From positions 256,001 to 320,000 of the forward strand of contig CBDANF010000002.1 of NCBI GenBank assembly GCA_965197475.1: a stretch of DNA of 64,000 nt, read 5' to 3'. The stretch comes from Candidatus Poribacteria bacterium (GTDB lineage Bacteria; Poribacteria; WGA-4E; WGA-3G). The notes under the pieces were generated by a model. That model saw only the letters and a program-made list of their open reading frames with translations, was not told the origin of the DNA and did no database searches. A program made the position numbers and the translations under genes. Shown here one piece after another: positions 60,238 to 64,000 of the stretch; the first letter of the stretch is position 1; every line of letters starts with the position of its first letter.

Positions 60238-62101
60238 ATGAAAACTAGGTTATTTCCGATTTTCCTTGTGTTCCTTATCATTTCAATCTCATGTCTATCG
60301 TGCGGATCAAGGTTATATTTGCAAAGTAAGGGTGGTCAAAACGGTTCTATTCAGAATTACACGCACCTGGGTTTACTTGGCGGAACCAAAGCGCGCATAG
60401 GTAAAGGTTGGGTAAATGACATCCAATATTCACCAGCCAACACCCTGTTCGTTGTTGCCGGTTCTGCTGGTATTTGGATATATGATGCTGGTAGCTATCA
60501 AGCGCGCGCCCTGCTCACTAAGAATACTGGGGAGGTCAAGAGCGTTTCCTTCAGCTCAGACGGTCGAACTCTTGCGAGTGCAAGCGACAGTGGCGCAATA
60601 CAGTTGTGGAATACAGCCACAGGCAAACACCGTAAAACACTTACTGATCATACTGGGGAGGTAAAAAGCGTATGCTTCAGTCCGGATGGACAGACTCTTG
60701 CGAGTGCAAGTGGTAGTATGAGAAAAGCACGGTTTGTTAATGGAAAGTGGGAAAACAAAATCCGTTTGTGGGATACAACCACAGGTGCGCGTCTGGAAAC
60801 ATTCAAGGTGGGTGTGGGGTATGTTACCAGTCTCTCTTTTAGTTCAGACGGACGGAAGCTAGCAAGTGCAAGCGTTGATGACGTAGTACATCTGCGGGAT
60901 ATAGCCACTGGTCAGCAGCATACTATACACACTTTCAATATGTCTCGTAACAAGCAGACTATTGGTGTTGTTAGTGAAGACTTCAGTCCGAATGGACGAA
61001 CCCTCGCGAGTGGGTATAATGATGGTGCAATCCAGATATGGGATGTAGTTACAGGCGAATGCTATCAAACGCTCACAGGACATACAGATGCCGTCACCAC
61101 GCTTTGTTTTAGTCCGAATGGACGAACCCTCGCGAGTGGGTGTATTGATGGAGCTATCATGTTATGGGATGTAGTTACGGGCGAATGCTATCAAACGCTC
61201 ACAGGACATACAGGTTACGTCACCACGCTTTGTTTCAGTGCAGATGGACAAAACCTCGCAAGCGCAAGCAAAGACAACACGCTCCGGATTTGGGATACTG
61301 ATGCAGGCATGCATCTCAAAACACTCACGGGGTATACGGAACGGATATGGGGTGTCTGTTTGAGTACCGATGGAAAAATAACTCGCAAGTGCGACCTTGG
61401 ACAGTACAATTCGTCTGTGGGATACTGTTACAGGCATACATCTCAAAACACTTACGGGATCTACAAAAGATTACTTTAGGTATTATAGTGTTTGTTTGAG
61501 TCCCGACGGGCATAAACTTGCTTGTGGTGGTTCAAATGGAACAATTCAAGTGTGGGATATTGAGACTGGTCAGCAAATAATGTTACTCTCTAAAAGCAAA
61601 CATGAATTCTACTCGGTGGCATATTCGCCGGATGGCAAAACCCTCGCTAGTGGTAGCCATAATGGTGCAATATTGATTTGGGATATTTCCATCGGTAAAC
61701 ATAAAAATACTCTTATAGGACATACCGGGGAAATTAGAAGCGTCTGCTTCAGTCCAGATGGGTTGACATTGGCGAGTGCAAGTTTTGATAACACAATTCG
61801 GATTTGGGATGCTGTAACTGGCGCGCTCAAAAAAACATATAGGACCACGTCTATTGTTAGAAGCATATTCTTTACGCCAGATGGAAGGCTGCTTGCTAGT
61901 AGTGGAAAAGATGGTTTAACAGTCCAGATTTGGGATGTATTTACTGGAACACATAAAAAAACACTCACAGGACATACAGAAGGGCTTTATACTGTTTGCG
62001 TGAGTGCAGATGGGCGAACTCTTGCAGGACATTGTAAAAACGGTACGGTACTCTTATGGGATCTCGCTTCTACTAATCAATCGGTAGTTGGAACAAAATA
62101 A
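60238..62101 (+). CDS. Exported WD40-repeat protein (frameshift near 61380)
   Basis: Signal peptide, LPEGAKAR-like GGTKARIGKG, many GH...FSPDG.TLAS...IWD repeats across two frames. Confidence 0.87.
60985..61239 (+). repeat. Tandem 126-bp near-identical WD40 repeat units
   Basis: agtccgaatggacgaaccctcgcgagtggg recurs at 60985 and 61111. Confidence 0.85.
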
Positions 62102-62255
62102 GATAGATGGAAGATAATTGTCAAAACTTGACCCGTTCGTTAAGAGATTCGCTTTGCACATATTTCTTTTTTATGATAAATTACTTTGACATACAAAATC
62201 TTAAGGTATATAGCACCAGTATTTTCGTCTACTTGCAAGGAGGAGATGTTCTACA

Positions 62256-64000
62256 ATGTTTAGGACGTACCAAGAAAAAAAGTTATTTTTGTCAATGCGA
62301 TTATGCAAAGGCTTCATGAGTTTGTTAGTGATCGTACTGTTGCTGACAACAACAACGCATTTCGCTGATGCAGATAAAATTCAATTTGATCGGGATATTC
62401 GTCCGATTTTGTCTGATAAATGCTACGCGTGCCACGGTCCCGATCCAGCGGTGCGGCAAGCCGAACTAAGGCTTGACACTAAGGAAGGGGCATTCTCGGA
62501 TCCAAGCGGTTACCCGATTATTGTTCCAGGTGAACCAGAAAACAGTGAATTGGTCCAGCGTATCACACACGAAGACATTGATAGGCGGATGCCACCGCTG
62601 ACTTCTAACCGTCAACCTACACAAGAACAGATTGACACGCTAATTCAATGGATTGCCGAAGGTGCTGAATGGGAGGAACATTGGGCATATAATCCGCCGA
62701 AACGGATTGATTTACCAGAAGTGAAGAAATCTGATTGGATTCGCAATCCGATCGATCAATTTATTCTGGGTAGGTTGGAGACAGAAGGACTTGAACCTTC
62801 TTCTGAAGCAGATAAACGCACACTGATCCGGCGTTTGCATTTTGATTTGACAGGACTATTACCAAAACCAGGAGAGGTAGATCAATTTTTAAGAAACAAA
62901 CGCCCAGAAGTCTATGAGGAGCTGGTCAATCGACTGCTCTCTACTCCACAGTATGGCGAGCGGATGGCAATTTACTGGCTTGATCTGGTGCGTTATGCAG
63001 ATACAAGCGGTTATCATTCGGATGAGAATGTTAGCGTCTGGCCTTACCGAGATTATGCGATTAAGGCATTTAATGAGAATATGCCGTTCGACCAATTTAC
63101 GATAGAAAACCTTGCAGGCGACCTTCTTTCTAATGCGTCAGCAGAACAGAAGGTGGCATCTGGTTACAATAGGTTAAATCAAACTACCGCTGAAGGTGGC
63201 GCACAAGCAAAAGAATATCTCACAATCTACGCAGCTGACCGCGTTCGAACTACAGCATCTGTATGGTTAGGCGCAACGCTCGGATGTGCGCAATGTCATG
63301 ACCATAAATTTGACCCTTATACCGCAAAAGATTTCTACAGTTTTGCTGCTTTCTTCGCTGATATACAGGGACCCGGTGTGTATGGAGGGGGTAGCAAATG
63401 GGACCCTGTTGTAATGCTACCATCACCTGAACAACAGACTGAATTGCAGGAAATTGATGATGAATTAGCAAGATTGCGCAATGTGTTTGAGCTGTCATCG
63501 CCTGGGTTGCAAGCAGAACAAGCAAAGTGGGAGGAGGAGATTCGTTCACTTCTCACTTCAACGGAAGCAGCTGATTTTGCATGGGTTGATGATGCACAGT
63601 CAAACGGTGGCAAAACTGAAGGCACATGGAAATTTGTTGGAAAAAACGAAGCACCCGTTTACAGTAAAGAGCGTTCCCGGATACAGACAGCAGCACCGGA
63701 ACAACTTGTGCAGCATGCATTCCGAGGTGCAAATCGAAAAGTTACACTAGCTGAAGACGACAAACTTTTCGCTTATGTCTGGTTAGATCCCGAAAATCCG
63801 CCTAAAACAATCATGCTTCAGTGGAACGATGGGAACTGGGACCACCGGGCGTTCTGGGGTGAAGACAAAATTACTTATGGTGAGATAGGAAGTGATACGC
63901 CTGCTCACAAACCGATGGGAGGGCTTCCCAAGCTTGGCGAATGGGTGCGTCTTGAAGTTGATCCCACTGTCGTTGGGTTAAAAGTTGGCAGTGTCCTAAA
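62256..64000 (+). CDS. Planctomycete cytochrome c / DUF1549-DUF1553 (PSD1) domain protein (3' end off window)
   Basis: Manual translation: signal peptide, FDRDIRPILSDKCYACHGPD, RMPP, QWIAEGA, YGERMA..WLDLVRYAD, CAQCHDHKFDP; AGGAGG SD. Confidence 0.9.
   Translation, partial: MFRTYQEKKLFLSMRLCKGFMSLLVIVLLLTTTTHFADADKIQFDRDIRPILSDKCYACHGPDPAVRQAELRLDTKEGAFSDPSGYPIIVPGEPENSELVQRITHEDIDRRMPPLTSNRQPTQEQIDTLIQWIAEGAEWEEHWAYNPPKRIDLPEVKKSDWIRNPIDQFILGRLETEGLEPSSEADKRTLIRRLHFDLTGLLPKPGEVDQFLRNKRPEVYEELVNRLLSTPQYGERMAIYWLDLVRYADTSGYHSDENVSVWPYRDYAIKAFNENMPFDQFTIENLAGDLLSNASAEQKVASGYNRLNQTTAEGGAQAKEYLTIYAADRVRTTASVWLGATLGCAQCHDHKFDPYTAKDFYSFAAFFADIQGPGVYGGGSKWDPVVMLPSPEQQTELQEIDDELARLRNVFELSSPGLQAEQAKWEEEIRSLLTSTEAADFAWVDDAQSNGGKTEGTWKFVGKNEAPVYSKERSRIQTAAPEQLVQHAFRGANRKVTLAEDDKLFAYVWLDPENPPKTIMLQWNDGNWDHRAFWGEDKITYGEIGSDTPAHKPMGGLPKLGEWVRLEVDPTVVGLKVGSVL

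Noticed and set aside
60985-61239. Diversity-generating retroelement TR/VR pair
   Set aside because: Differences are not confined to adenines of one copy, both copies are coding, and no reverse transcriptase is present
176-63750. Numerous short antisense or overlapping ORFs in the track
   Set aside because: They are shadows of well-supported genes on other frames or strands, without SDs or motifs

Overview
Bacterial chromosomal window of roughly mid-40s % GC (estimated by eye). The gene content suggests Candidatus Poribacteria, but this is inference: LamG proteins ending in a 'KLxTTWxxLK' tail, TolB/WD40 propellers, PhyH dioxygenases, a sulfatase, a trypsin-TPR protein and a PSCyt cytochrome. 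Housekeeping genes are rnj, leuS, aroC, a galU-like gene, mgtE, infC-rpmI-rplT, T-box-pheST and menG/ubiE. The best candidate for an uncharacterised system is the 12-kb operon at 10448-22503. It encodes a 2423-aa secreted/membrane protein (degenerate M28 peptidase fold, PA domain with LysM and acidic repeats, FtsX/MacB-type permease), a small membrane protein, an OPT-like transporter, an internally duplicated hypothetical, a stand-alone PqqD/RRE protein and a LolD/MacB-type ATPase. Other notable items: a putative polyphosphate module (mgtE, split CHAD pair, ROK kinase, divergent VTC/CYTH-like protein); a PARIS-like AAA ATPase + DUF4435 pair; an IS1595 element with passenger genes abutting a 5'-truncated methyltransferase; and GTAG-type REP palindromes inserted in frame inside leuS and pheT. 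Several single-base frameshifts, mostly in homopolymer runs, may be sequencing artefacts. No rRNA, tRNA or CRISPR array was seen.
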